From contig CM059432.1 in NCBI GenBank assembly GCA_030390025.1, forward strand, positions 32,800,001-32,864,000: 64,000 nucleotides of DNA, read 5' to 3'. The notes beneath the pieces were generated by a model, which saw only the letters and a program-made list of their open reading frames with translations, ran no database searches and had not been told where the DNA came from. This DNA comes from Squalus acanthias. Taxonomy: Eukaryota. Made by a program: the position numbers and the translations under genes. Positions within the stretch are counted from its first letter, which is position 1. Each line of letters starts with the position of its first letter. This document shows, piece by piece, positions 12,578 to 25,893 of the stretch.

Positions 12578-15502
12578 AAAGAGTCTGCAAAGCGATATAG
12601 ACAGGTTAAGTGAGTAGGCAAGAAGGTGGCAGTTGGAGAATAATGGTGGGGAAACGTGAGGTTATTTACTTTGGTAGGAAGTAGTGTGGGAGTGCTGGAT
12701 TTCCAAGCACTAGAAAAGCAGAATATTTTTTTAAATGGTGAGAAACTATTAAACGTTGATGTTCATAGGGATTTATACATGAAACACAGAACGTTAACAT
12801 GCAGGTACAGCAAGCAATTAGGAAGGCAAATAGTATGTTGGCCTTTATTGCAATGGGTTGAGTACAAGAGTAAGGAAGTCTCGCTGCAATTGTACAGGGC
12901 TTTGGTGAGACCACACCTAGAATACTGTGTACAGTTTTGGTCGCCATACCTAAGGATATAATTGCCTTAGAGGGGGGTGCACTGATGGTTCACTAGATTG
13001 ATTCTTGGGATGAGAGCATTGTCCTATGAGGAGAGATTGAGTAGAATGGGCCCTATATTCTCTGGAGTTTAGAAGAGTAAGAGGTGATCTCATTGAAACA
13101 TACAAGATTCTGAGAGGGCTTGACAGGGTAGATGCTGAGAGACTGCTTCCCTTGGCTGGAGAGTCTAGAACTAGGGGGCATAGTCTCAGGATAATTTAGG
13201 ACTGAGATGAGGAGAATTTTTTTCACTCAGAGGATTGTGAAACTTTGGAATTCTCTACCCCAGAGGGTTGTGGATACTCAGTTGTTGGGTATATTCAAGG
13301 TTAAGATTGATAGATTTTTGGACTCTGAGGGAATTAAGGGATATGGCAATCAGGCGGGAAAGTGGAGTTGAGGTTGAAGATCAGCCATGATCTTATTGAT
13401 TTATAGTTCCAGTATTTTCTATTTTAACTCAGATGTCCAGCATTTGCAGTTTTTCAGTGCAATTGTATTCAGTAGTTTATGAAAGAATACCACCTTACTG
13501 CATCAAGCTTGCAGAACTGGTTATGTGCTTTGAGTGCATTAAGTCACATCAATAGGTCCACTCCCATCCATGGATGAAATGTGTAAAAGTACAGCCTTGC
13601 TGAGAGGGCAGTATACTGCACTTAAAAAAAGTTTTAGCATCACTCAGTACTCGGTTCATAGAACAAGTCTTGGAACCTTGGAAATCCAGCACTCCCACAC
13701 TACTGCAAGCTGTTTCAGCGCTCAGAAATGGAATGTGTGAACAAGGTACTGACTGGGACCTTAAAATACGCAGGACAGCTATTAAGTTATTATTTACTAC
13801 TCCAAATTTAATTTTTGGTCTTAGTAACTTGAAGATATTGAAGGCAGGTTAGGAACACAACTGTTAAAGCATCACTTGACATGTTGATGCACCAATAAAG
13901 ATAACATTCACAAATTCAGTAAAATACCCTTGATTTAAGCAACTGAATGGATGCTTAACTCTTCCAAATGAAAAAAGGTCAAGAAGTAAGATGGAGAAGG
14001 TGAAATAAAAATACAGAGCTGTGTTCCCTACAGAAGCATTTCAAATTGAATGTGAATGTCTAAACAGACAGGAGGATTCTGGTACTGAGACCCCAGAGTG
14101 TTGGCTCATTAGTGTTTGCAGGGCACCAACTCTGCAGAGAGAAACTATGAAACAAGGAGCACCAATGCTGCAGAGAGGAACTACAGGACAAGGACAATGG
14201 ATAGATGTGTAAATGTAGAACCTGGACAGAGACTAGGCTGCTTGATTTCATAAACCTATATATTTAAAATAAAGTAAAATAAATTCTCATAGATTTCAAA
14301 ATGTAAAATATAATGAACCATAACATTTTGTTATTGTAGACTGGAATTGTCCATTTTCACAGAAATTTTAGGTGCTCCATAATTTTTTTTTCTTTTTCTG
14401 CTCAAAGTACTGGAAAGGTATTAACCCACCACTACAGCCCAATCATGAAGCAATTCCCTTCACTGCATTAGTCACCATGCTCTACATTTACTTATTCTGA
14501 ATATTTTGAAGCAGCCTCTCATTTCTTACCTGTAGCCACTTATTCAGACTATCTAGTAGTCATACATTTGGTTTATTTCTCTGACAATTGTCCACTCCAA
14601 GATCCTAGCTTATTAATTAGTATAATCTTGTATGCCAGTGAACCATTTTCCTTTCAACACCAGAAGAAAATTAGGCTTCCATTGAGTCTGAAATTATTAT
14701 TTTTTTTGGAGAAAGAAAGAATGAGCAAATTATTATTTGGCCAGTATTAATTATCTTGTTCCACATATGGAGTGAAAGCACTTCCATGAACTGAAAACCA
14801 ATACAAGGAGTGTGCAAATTTAGAATCTAACTACGGAGCTGATATGTGAAGTTAATTTTGCAGATTCTTCCCAGCTGCAATGTACTATAAAATCAAGTGT
14901 TGGTCAAAGTGACTTTTACTCCAAGTTACTACGGGAACAACTGCACCAGCTTATATGCTGCGTCCTCACATTGGTAGTTGGAAAAACTCACATTGAGGCG
15001 AGATTCACAAACTGGATTTTTAAACCAAATGAAACTACAGTAAAGACAAAATAACAAAAAAAAGTTTGAGAATGACTCATTAAAAAATAGATTTCTAAAC
15101 TAACGCAATGGTAGTTACCGTAATACTTACATTAGGTGTACATTCTATTGACAGTCCAATGGCTACACATATTTAACAATACTATCCAAGATCAATTGCA
15201 CTATTAAAGTGAGGACTCACAATGATGCCATGTGGTCTTTACAAAGATGGTTCATCTGCAGTTACATCATTCACCCAGAATAAGAATGATCTTAGAACAG
15301 ATTATAGTAATTAAACTAGAATAAATAACGCAGTGAAAAATAATTTCACACCTTCTCAAGAGCAGCTAGGGATGGGCAATAAATTCTGGCCTTGCCAGTG
15401 ACGCCCACATCTCATGAACGAATAAAATAAAACTGTTATTCAGTTATAATTTTAGTAACTATCAATCATACTGCAGTTTTGTTTAAAGAAAAGCCCTAAC
15501 TT

Positions 15503-16023
15503 AGAATTACAGAAATTTACGGCACAGAAGGAGGCCATTCTACCCAGCCTAATCCCACTTTCCAGCTCTTGGTCAGTAGCCTTGTAGGTTACGGCACTTC
15601 AAGTGCATATCCAAGTTCTTTTTAAATGTGATGAGCGTTTCTACCTCTACCACCCTTTTAGGCAGTGAGTTCCAGACCCCCACCACCCTCTGGGTGAAAA
15701 AAGTTCTCCTCAACTCCCCTCTAATCCTGCTATCAATTACTTGAAATCTATGCCCCCTGGTTATTGACCTCTTTGCTAGGGGAAATAGATCCTTCCTATC
15801 CACTCTATCTAGACCCCTCATAATTTTATACACCTCAATTAAGTCTCCCCTCAGCCTCCTCTGTTCCAAAGAAAACAACTCAGCCTATCCAATCTTTCCT
15901 CATTGCTAAAATTCTCCAGCCCTGGCAACATCCTCATAATTTCCTCTGTACCCTCTCTAGTGCAATCACATCTTTCCTGTAATGTGGTGACCAGAACTGT
16001 ACACAGTATTATAGCTGTGGCCT
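15503..16023 (-). mobile_element. CR1 3' end
   Basis: FSLEQRRLRGDLIEVYKIMRG...VWNSLP. Same subfamily as 17091-20292. Confidence 0.85.
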
Positions 16024-17044
16024 TGAAGAGATAATTACTAGTCCTAGCCCTTTTTGGGCTACCCCAGATCAGGCAGATTCCCCAGACGTTCACCTTCAAC
16101 TAAAGTTAGAGATAGCCGAATCCTATAAGACGCTTAATTGGGTCTAAAGGTCCAGACTATCTCTCCCTAAAGGAAAGGAACGACTTGAAGATGTTACCGT
16201 CCTCCAGATAGCACTTTTAATAAGTTTAACTAGACTGTAACCTTCCGGATATTATGAGGGTCCGGAAAACTCCCCCAGAATTCTGCAACTCCTCACCAAA
16301 GAGTGCACAGAGATTGAGTTCGCGAGTTTGATACAGAAGTACTATGTGAGACAATTCTAAAAATATATAGATTTATTAAAGAACCGACATGTAGTTAACA
16401 GCTGGTGATTCAGTCGCAACATTAACAGTTCTAAAAACAAATAGCTTACAATTCTTATTCTCAGAGATCCTTATTCTCAAATCTTAACTTCGTTACATTT
16501 TTACATTTCTACTTAGTCTTAATCCAGGATATCCACCAAAATCAAAATACCTTTGATTACCCGAGACTCAAAGAGTTGTAGGCTTTCAGAGCCTGTCTCT
16601 GAAGCTGAGAATCGCTTGCCCCTTCCAGCAAATTCTGTTTTCCCATTTGAAAATCCTATCTTTATACCCTTTTTTCAGTAGTATATCCTTTGAAGTTTTC
16701 TGCTGATGTAAGCTAATTATCTCTCGTTATATTTCTGTTGACTTCTTTCTATTCTTACTGTCAGTTCAGCTGTTAGCTTGCAGACTTGTGTCTCTACCTT
16801 TAGGTGTTCAAAACTTCTCATAAAAAAATGGTTATAACAGATGTATCTATTTGATGCCATTCTTACAAAGGTCTTCTATTCAATTCTTAAATCACCTCAG
16901 CTGGTTTTAAACAGACTTCGTGTCTCCTATCTGTTCCAAGTTTAACACATAAACAATGTGATTGCTTGGTGCATCTATTGATGTCATATTTATGAAAGTC
17001 TTCTGTTTGTATCTTTTTACAACATGTAAATTATAAACACTTCA
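16024..17044 (-). mobile_element. Solo LTR (~1.02 kb) of an ERV/LTR retrotransposon
   Basis: Inverted termini TGAAG...CTTCA. On the minus strand, TATAAA (16661-16666) is followed by AATAAA (16372-16377) in U3-R-U5 order, with an ~130-bp imperfect direct repeat in U3. No TSD visible. Confidence 0.65.
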
Positions 17045-17090
17045 ACCGAGTACATGATTGTCTTCCTAGCTACTTCAATTGGTTGTACCA

Positions 17091-20000
17091 GTGAGTACAG
17101 AAACAGGATAGAGCAGATGAATGCGTGGCTGGAGAGATGGTGCAGGAGGGAGGACTTTAGATTCCTGAGGCATTGGGACCGTTTCTGGGGGAGGTGGGAC
17201 CTGTACAAGCCGGGCGAGTTGCAACTCAACAGGACCGGGACCGGGACCGATATCCTTGCGGCGGGGTTTGCTAATGCTGTTGGGGAGGGTTTAAACTAGC
17301 TTGGCAGGGGGATGGGAACCGGAGAGTGGATTCAGAAGGGAGAGAAGCAAAGCTGGAAATGGAAGGCAGAAAATTAGTAAGCGAGTTTGGAAGGCAGAGG
17401 AAACAAAGGCTAGAAAATAGACAACAAGGGTATTTGGCAGTGCTAAATGGTATATACTTCAACGCAAGGAGTCTAGGGAATAAAGGTGATGAGCTGAGGG
17501 CACAGATAGACAAGTGAGAGTATGATATTATAGCTATTCCTGAGACATGGCTGAAAGAAGGGCAGGAATGGCAGCTCAACAAACCTGGTTACAGGGTTTA
17601 CAGACGAGATAGAGAGGGGGAAATAAAGGAGGGGGGGGATTGCAATATTGATTAAAGAATCAATTACAGCTGTGAGGAGGGAGGATATCTTAGAAGGATC
17701 CTCAAATGAGGCCATATGGGTTGAACTGAAAAACTAAAAAGGGGCAATCACACTGCTGGGAGCGTACTCTAGACCTTTGAACAGTCAGTGGGAGATAGAA
17801 GAGCAAATATGTAGGCAAATTTCTGAGACGTGCAAAAATAGGGCAGTAATAGTAGGGGATTTCAATTTCCCTAACATTAACTGGGATAAAATTAATGTGA
17901 AAGGTATAGAGGAAGCAGAATTCTTAAAATGCATTCAGGAGAGCCTTTTTAGCCAGTACGTAGCAAGCCCAACAAGAGAGGGGGCGGTTCTGGACCTAGT
18001 TTTAGGGAATGAAGCTGGGCAGGTAGAAAGGGTATCACTGGGAGAGCATACTGGTGGTAGTGATCATAATTCAGTTAGATTTAGGATAGTTATGGAAAAG
18101 GACAAGGAATAAAAGTTCTCAATTGGGGAAAAGCTAATTTTACTAAGCTGAGAGGTGATTTAGCCAAAGTGGACTGGAGACATGAAGGTAAATCAGTGTT
18201 GGAGCAGTGGGAGGCAATCAAGGAGGAGATAGTGAGGGTTCAGAGCAAGTATGTTCCCTTAAAGAAAAAGGGTAGGACTAACAAATCTAGAGCTCCCTGG
18301 ATGTCAAGGGGCATACAGGGTAGGATAAAGAAAAAAAGGGAAGCTTATGACAGATACCGAGGATTCAATACTGCAGAAAGCTGAGGAGTATAGAAAGTGC
18401 AGGGGTGAAATTAAAAAGAAAATTAGGAAAGCAAGGAGAGGGCATGAAAAAATATTGGCAAGTAAAATCAAGGAAAACCCAAAGATGTTTTATAAATACA
18501 TTAAGAGCAAGAGGATAACTAAAGTAAGAGTAGGGCCTATTAGGGACCATAAAGTTAACCTGTGTGTGGAAGCGGAAGACATGGGTATGGTTCTTAATGA
18601 ATACTTTGTGTCTGTTTTCACAAAAGAGAGGGACGAAGCAGACATTGCAATCAGGGAGGAGGAGTGTGAAATATTAGATGAAATAAACATAATGAAAGAG
18701 GAAGTATTAAGGGGTTTAGCATCTTTGAAAGTGGATAAATCCCCAGACCCGGATGAAATGTATCCCAGGCTATTAAGAGAAGTAAGAGAAGAAATAACAG
18801 AGGCTCTGACTATCATTTTCCAATCCTCTCTGGCTACAGGTGTGGTGCCAGAGGACTGCTAACGTGGTACCGTTGTTTAAAAAGGGAGAAAGGGATAGAC
18901 CGAGTAATTACAGGCCAGTCAGCCTAACCTCGGTCGTGGGAAAATTATTGGAAAAAATTCTGAGGGACAGGATAAATCTTCATTTAGAAAGACACAGATT
19001 AATCAGGGACAGTCAGCAAGGATTTGTTAAGGGAAGGTCGTGTCTGACTAACTTGATTGAATTTTTTGAGGAGGTAACAAGGAGGGTCGATGAGGATAGT
19101 GCGTTTGATGTAGTCCAAATGTATTTTAGTAAGACTTTTGATAAGGTCCCGCATGGCAGACTGGTCATGAAAAGCCCATGGGATCCAAGGCAAAGTGGCA
19201 AGTTGGATCCAAAATTGGCTCAGAGGCAGGAAACAAAGGATAATGGTCAAAGGGTGTTTTTGTGACTGGAAGGCTTTTTTCAGTGGTGTTCCGCAGGGCT
19301 CAGTACTGGGTCCTTTGCTTTTTGTGGTATATATCAATGATTTGGACTTCAATGTAGGAAGTATGATTAAGAAATTTGCAGATGATACAAAAATTGGCCG
19401 TGTGGTTGATAATGAAGAAGAAAGCTGCAGACTGCAGGAAGATATCAATGGACTGGTCAGGTGGGCAGAACAGTGGCAAATGGAATTTAATCTGGAGAAG
19501 TGTGAGGTAATGCATTTGGGGAGGGCTAACAAGGCAAGGGAATACATTATAAATGGTAGGATACTGAGAAGTGCAGAAGATCAAAGGGACTTTGGAATGC
19601 ATGTCCACAGATCCCTGAAGGTAGCAGGACAAGTAGATAAGGTGGTTAAGAAGGCATACGGGGTACTTGCCTTTATTAGCTGAGGCATAGAATATAAGAG
19701 CAGGGAGTTTATACTTGAGCTGTATAAAACACTAGTTAGGCCGCAGCTAGAATACTGCGTGCAGTTCTGGTCACATTACAGGAAGGATGGGATTGCACTA
19801 GAGAGGGTGCAGAGGAGATTTACGAGGATGTTGCCTGGGCTGGGGAATTTTAGCTATGAGGAAAAATTGGATAGGCTGGGGTTGTTTTCTTTGGAAAAGA
19901 GGATGAGGGGAGACCTAACTGAGGTGTATAAAATTATGAGGGGCCGAGATAGAGTGGATCGGAAGGACCTATTTCCCTTAGCAGAATGGTCAATAACCAG

Positions 20001-20292
20001 GGGGCATAGATTTATGGTAATTGGTCGGAGGTTTAGAGGGGATTTGAGGAGAAATGTTTTCACCCAGAGGGTAATGGGGGTCTGGAACTCACTGCCTGAA
20101 AGGGTGGTAGAGGCAGAGACCCTCATCACATTTAAAAAGTACTTGGATATGCACCTGAAGTGCCATAACCTACAAGGCTACGGACCAAGTGCTGGAAAGT
20201 GAGATTAGGGTGGATAGCTCTTTGTCGGCTGGCACGGAAAAGATGGGCCAAACGGCCTCCTTCTGTGCTGTAAATTTCTATAATTCCATGAT
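17091..20292 (+). mobile_element. CR1 LINE: end of ORF1, nearly full ORF2 (frameshifted) and 3' tail
   Basis: NAWLERWCRRE (ORF1 esterase end), [50 protein letters not shown], ttctataattccatgatg tail. Confidence 0.92.
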
Positions 20293-21350
20293 GATTGGTC
20301 CTGGCCCTGTTGTGGTGCAACCCATCCAGCTTGTACAGGTGCCACCTCCCCTAGAACCGGTCCCAATGCCTCAGGAATCTAAAGTCCTCCCTCCTGCACA
20401 TCTCTCCTCACTAGCGCGTGGCACCGGGAGTAATCCGCAGATTACTACCTTTGAGATCCTGCTTATTAAGCTCTTTCCTAGCTTCCTAAACTCTGCCTGC
20501 AGGACCTCATCCCTCTTTCTACCTCTGTCATTGGTACCGATATGGACCACGACCTCTGGCTGTTCACCCTCCCTCCTCAGAATGTCCTGCAGCCACTCAG
20601 TGACATTCTTGACCCTGGCACCAGGGAGGTAACATACCATCCTGCAGTCACGTCTGTGGCCGCAGAAACGCCTGTCTGTTCCCCTAACTATTGAATCCCC
20701 TATCACTATTGCTTTTCTGACCTTCCTCCTCCCCCCTATACAGCTGAGCCACCTATGGTGCCATGGACTTGGCTCTGGCTGTACTCCCCAGAGGAACCAT
20801 CACCCTCACCAGTATTCAGAACAGAATACCGATTGGAGAGCAAGATGCACTTAGGGGACTCCTGCACTACCTGCCTAGTCCTCCTTATCTGTCTGGCAGT
20901 CACCCATTCCCTCTCTGCCTGCAAACTCTTAAGTTGTGGGGTGACCACCACCTGAAACGTGCTATCCACGAAGCTCTCAGCCTCGCGGATGCACTGCAGT
21001 GACGCCAGCCGCCGCTCAAGCTCCGAAATCCAGAGTTCGAGCTCCTCCAGCAGACGACACTTCCTGCATATGTGGTTGTCCAGGACACGAGAAGTAGCCT
21101 GGACTTCCCACATGGCACAGGATGTGCATTCGACAGGACTGTGGTACCCTGCCATGCCTCTATTTAATAGATTACTAACTAAACTTTAGTTTAACTCACT
21201 GACCTAACTTAGAGAAGAAAAAGACAAAAATTTACTCAAGTTTAACAAGAACCACAGAGATACTAAACACAAAGAAACTATATATTAGATAGTCCTCCTT
21301 TTGAGTGAGATGTGAGAAACCACCTTCCTCCTCTCCACCTAATTCCTCCC
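20293..21350 (-). mobile_element. CR1 5' part: 5' UTR and ORF1 (zinc finger/coiled coil plus SGNH esterase)
   Basis: CTSCAMWE...CRKC..LEELELWISELE, IGDSIVRG, HIGTND, LLPVPRAS. Confidence 0.88.
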
Positions 21351-21377
21351 ATCACCAAATTCTTTCACTGATTGCAA

Positions 21378-22260
21378 TTTTTTTTTATTTGTTCATGGGA
21401 TGTGGGCGTCGCTGGCAAGGCCAGCATTTATTGCCCATCCCTAATTGCCCTCGAGAAGATGGTGTGAGCCGCCTTCTTGAACCGCTGCAGTCTGTGTGGT
21501 GAAGGTCCCACAGTGCTGTTAGGGAGGGAGTTCAAGAATTTTGACCCAGCGACGATGAAGGATCGGCAATATACTTCTGAGTCAGGATGGTGTGTGGCTT
21601 GGAGGGGAACTTGGAGGTGATGGTATTCCCATGTGCCTGCTGCCCTTGTCCCTCTAGGTGGTAGGGGTCGTGGGTTTGGGAGGTGCTGCCGAAGAAGCCT
21701 TGGCGAGTTGCTGCAGTGCATCTTGTAGATGGTACACACTGCAGCCACAGTACGCCGGTGGTGGAGGGAATGAATGTTTAAGGTGGTGGATGGGGTGCCA
21801 ATCAAGCGGGTTGCTTTGTCCTGGATGGTGAGTGTTGTTGGAGCTGCACTCATCCTTACTTGTGCCTTGTAGATGGTGGAAAGGCTTTGGGGAGTCAGGA
21901 GGTGAGACACTCGCCGCAGAATAGCTGCCACTTATTAGCCCAAGCCTGAATGTCGTCCAGGTCTTGTTGCATGTGGACATGGACTGCTTCATTAGCTGAG
22001 GAGTTGTGAACGGCACTGAACACTGTGCAGTCATCAGCGAACATCCCCATTTCTGACCTTATGTTGGAGGGAAGGTCATTGATGAAGCAGCTGAAGATGG
22101 TTGGGCCTAGGATACTGCCCTAAGGAACTCCTGCAGCAATGTCCTGAGGCTGTGATTATTAAGCTCCAACCACTACAATTATCTTCCTTTGTGCTAGGTA
22201 TGACTCCAGCCAGTGGAGAGTTTCCCCCCGATTCCCACTGACTTCAGTTTTACTAGCTCC
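21378..22260 (-). mobile_element. CR1-group LINE 3' part (family with GGGCAATAAATGCTGGCC...poly-A tail)
   Basis: LSTIYKAQVR, SLHHRRTVAAVCTIYKMHC, NSLP. Poly-T at 21378. Same family as 42226-43470. Confidence 0.85.
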
Positions 22261-22656
22261 AAGCTGTGTGCTCAAGCCCTTCATAACTTAATTTTTTAAA
22301 CTCAACAAAAACCATAACAAATATATTGTTACATAGATATAAAGCTGCAGTATTTTCAACCTTTAATTTTCCCTTTCCAGTTTTATTAGACTTATTTTGG
22401 CCAACTGAGTGCCCTGTGACATGTGTGGCATGAATGACAGAAATTTTTGGATCAGCATAAAAACCATGGCAATTAATTTACTGCTTGGATTTTCACACAC
22501 AAAGCAAAGGCTCAGATAAACCAGATTTTTTTTACCTCTCCTATTATGTTCCCCTCTCCCCCAATTTCTTTTTCGGATTTCTTTGTGGTCCAAAGCAACT
22601 TTAAAAAAAACTTAACGAACCCTACAAGCAAGTTTTATTCCTAAACAAAATAAAAT

Positions 22657-23675
22657 ACAACGACAACTTGTATTTATATAGCGCCTTTGACATAGCAAAA
22701 CGTCCCAAGGCACTGCACAGGAGTATTTTAAGACAAAAAATTTGACATCATAATGATAAATTAGGGCAGATGACCAAAAGCGTGGTGAAACTGGTAGATT
22801 TTAAGGAGCGTCTTCAGGAGGAAAGAGAGGTAGAGAGGCGGACAGGTATAGGGAGGGAATTCCAGAGCTTAGGGCCTAGGCAACAGAAGGCTCGGCCACC
22901 AAAGGTTGAGCGATTATAATCAGGGATCCTCAAGAGGGCAGAATTAGAAGAGCGCAGATATCTCGAGGGGTTGTGGGCTGAAGGAGATTACAGAGATAGG
23001 AAGGGGCGAGGCCATGGAGGGATTTGAAAGCAAGGATGAGAATTTTGAAATCGAGGCACTGCTTAACCGGGAGTCAATGTAGGTCAGCGAGCACAGGGGT
23101 GATGGGCGAACGGGACTTGGTGCGAGTTAGGACACAGGCAGCCGAGTTTTGGATGACCTCAAGTTTACATAGGGTGGAATGTGGGAGGCCAGCCAGGAGT
23201 GCGTTGGAATAGTCAAGTCTAGAGGTAACAAAGGCTTGGATGAGCTGAGGCAAGGGCGGAGACGGGCGATGTTACGGAGGTGGAAGTAGGCAGTCTTTGT
23301 TATGCTGCAGATAGTGGTCGGAAGCTCATTTCAGGGTCAAATATGACACCAAGGTTGCGAACAGTGTGGTTCAGCCTCAGACAGATGTTAGGCAGAGGGA
23401 TGGAGTCAGTGGCTAGGAAACCGAAAACAATGGCTTCGGTTTTCCCAATATTTAATTGGAGAACATTTTTGCTCATCCAGAACTGTATGTCAGACAAGCA
23501 GTCTGACAATTTAGACACCGTGGAGGGGTCGAGAGAAGAAGTAGTGAGGTAGAGCTGGGTGTCATCAGCGTACGTGTGGAAACTGACGCTGTGTTTTCGG
23601 ATGATGTCGCCAAGGGGCAACATGTAGATGAGAAATAGGAGCGGGCCAAGGATAGATCCTTGGGGGACACCAGAA
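22657..23675 (-). mobile_element. L2-type LINE 3' part
   Basis: [18 protein letters not shown]...YADDTQLY...[13 protein letters not shown]. Confidence 0.9.
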
Positions 23676-23849
23676 TAAAATATCCCAGGTTTACAATACT
23701 GGGAAGAATTTAAAACATAATGAGAATTTAGATTCACAAATATTATTCCTGCAATGTTTGGTCAATTCAAATTACTATATGTTAAATAAAAAACTCCTAC
23801 TCATCCCCTGAAGTCTTGCTGGGCAAGGTCCACAAGCTTTGATCACCCA

Positions 23850-24120
23850 CCAATACCTCACCTCACTTACACAGAGCCAATCCTGCTCTCACCCAATATT
23901 TACAAACATGCACTTTCCACCAGGAGTTACTGAATAGGAGTGCAAAACCCTGGTTGATTTTGCCCCTCAATAGGCTCAGTGCGATGGGGCCAATAGTCAT
24001 TCCCATACTGCTGTTCTGGCTGAAATCAACTAATTCAGCACAAACCATGGGCAGATCTTCCTGGACTCTTTGACTCAACTCCACACCAGGCATGGCAGTT
24101 ACCAATTGAGTCATCAGGAG
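23850..24120 (-). mobile_element. Ancient tRNA-derived SINE (AmnSINE2-like)
   Basis: ctggctgaaatcaactaattcagcaca is the reverse complement of the tgtgctgagttagctgatctcagcc core seen in other copies. Confidence 0.5.
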
Positions 24121-25410
24121 AGGTCCTAAACTACTTCAAAATTTCTTAAATATTTAGTTGCTCAATTACATTTGTTTATTTTGGCCAACATTTCCAAAGG
24201 ATTACTTACCTCACCTAACTATTATACAAGCATCCAATGATACCATTTGCCAGAGGAAGCCTCACTACGACAAATGATCAGTGAGTGGTCCATTTCTGCA
24301 ACAAATCAACCCACCATAACTAATTACAGCGATTGCCACTCTTCAATATCACCAGTGCAGATCTTCAGATATGAGGTAGACTTAATTTTAGGTTTGGCTT
24401 CTACTGAATCAATCTGCAAGGCCAAGCAGTCCTACTTCCACCTCAGCCCTTACAACTCCCTGTAGCTTTGCTAACTATCCAGGCTAATGCCACCTCTTCC
24501 AACCTCTAAGCAATCTTCACATTGACCTTAGTTATTATATCTCCACAAAAAAACCTCACTAACGTACACCATGCACCTCCAAAAAAAAAACTAAATCTGG
24601 CAAATCATTATTCCAAGATAGTATATTTCAGCAGGTTCCTTTCATGGGACTTCTCCATCGTAGAGTCCACTGACGTAATAAACTTCAGTAGAGAACAAGA
24701 TGCAGCTTCAAGGAAGATTTTAACATCTCCCCTAGCATCCTTGCTTGCCTGTCAAAACTTTCCAGTCTTTGGCACACCAGAACATCCAACTTCAAACAAG
24801 CAACATGTTGAAATATGTTTTAGTGCCGTGGTTCTACTGTTACTGTTGCAGGTTCATAAAACATCTACTAATGAAGACAAGCTTATTCATATTGCTTAGT
24901 AATTGTAAAGTGGCCTCACTCTCTCTAAAGAGTTGGGAAACTGCCATTAACATGAAACTGACCTTTTCTCTTCCTACAAATGTACAGAAAGTGACTTTTT
25001 GCTTTTTCTTTATACAATTATGAACTGATCTGACTATTTGAAAACGAGTGTTGTCCCAATTTGCAGCAAATCCTTGAAACCAAAGTCTCTGGTGCTAAAT
25101 CACAGGGGAATGATTCCCCAAGGATTCCCTAGTAGTACGCATTAACATCAAGGCAAATAGGAAATTAAAGACACCAAGGCCGGAATCTTTACCTTGGAGT
25201 TGGGTCAGGTGCGTGCAGGCCACGTAGCGGGTTGCCATCCTGAAGATTTCAACAGCGCATTCTGCACTGCGTATTTAACTCAACTGCACCAATTGAAAGA
25301 GTCATGCGGGTTTCCCGGCCCAATTAAATGGAGCTGGTCTGATGACGTCACCGGTGACTCGTTTTCAGCGTGGATATTTAAAGCAGCCTCGCACACATCT
25401 CATTTGAGGG

Positions 25411-25825
25411 TTGTGCTCGCTGACCTACATTGGCTCCCGGTTAAGCAACGCCTCGATTTCAAAATTCTCATCCTTGTTTTCAAATCCCTCCATGGACTCG
25501 CCCCTCCCTATCTCTGTAATCTCCTTCAGCCCCACAATATCTGCACTCCTCTAATTCTGCCATCTTGAGCATCCCTGATTATAATCACTCAACCATTGGT
25601 GGCCGTGCCTTCTGTTGCCTAGGCCCTAAGCTCTGGAATTCCCTGCCTAAACCTCACCGCCTCTCTTTCCTCCTTTAAGACACTCCTTAAAACCAAGCTT
25701 TTGGTCACCTGCCCTAATTTCTCCTTATGTGGCTCAGTGTCAAATTTTTTGTCATAATACTCCTGTGAAGCGCCTTGGAACGTTTTACTACGTTAAAGGC
25801 GCTATATAAATACAAGTTGTTGTTG
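25411..25825 (+). mobile_element. L2 3' fragment inserted upstream of the Harbinger Myb gene
   Basis: VLADLHWLPVKQRLDFKILILVFKSLHGLAPPYL and the tacaagttgttgttg tail. Confidence 0.85.
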
Positions 25826-25893
25826 CTGTAGGAGTGTTCAAGGTACTTTGAAGAGCTACACATTGCTGAATAAGATTGAAAATTCTGTGGGTC

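Larger units (their letters stand above)
10093..13400 (+). mobile_element. CR1 LINE ORF2 RT half and 3' end, split by a Harbinger derivative
   Basis: [53 protein letters not shown]. The sequence is continuous across 10899-12577 once that insert is removed. Confidence 0.9.

Noticed and set aside
14526..14570. Minus-strand CAG|GTAAG donors here and near 31100 as possible host exons
   Set aside because: No convincing acceptor or recognisable protein sequence. Such motifs occur by chance in long introns.
17045..17090. Possible primer-binding site (TGGTAC... on the minus strand) next to the LTR
   Set aside because: It is on the U3 side rather than after U5, is not adjacent to the LTR end, and no internal retroviral sequence follows.
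17091..20292. Active CR1 ORF2
   Set aside because: Multiple stops and frameshifts split ORF2 into short pieces.
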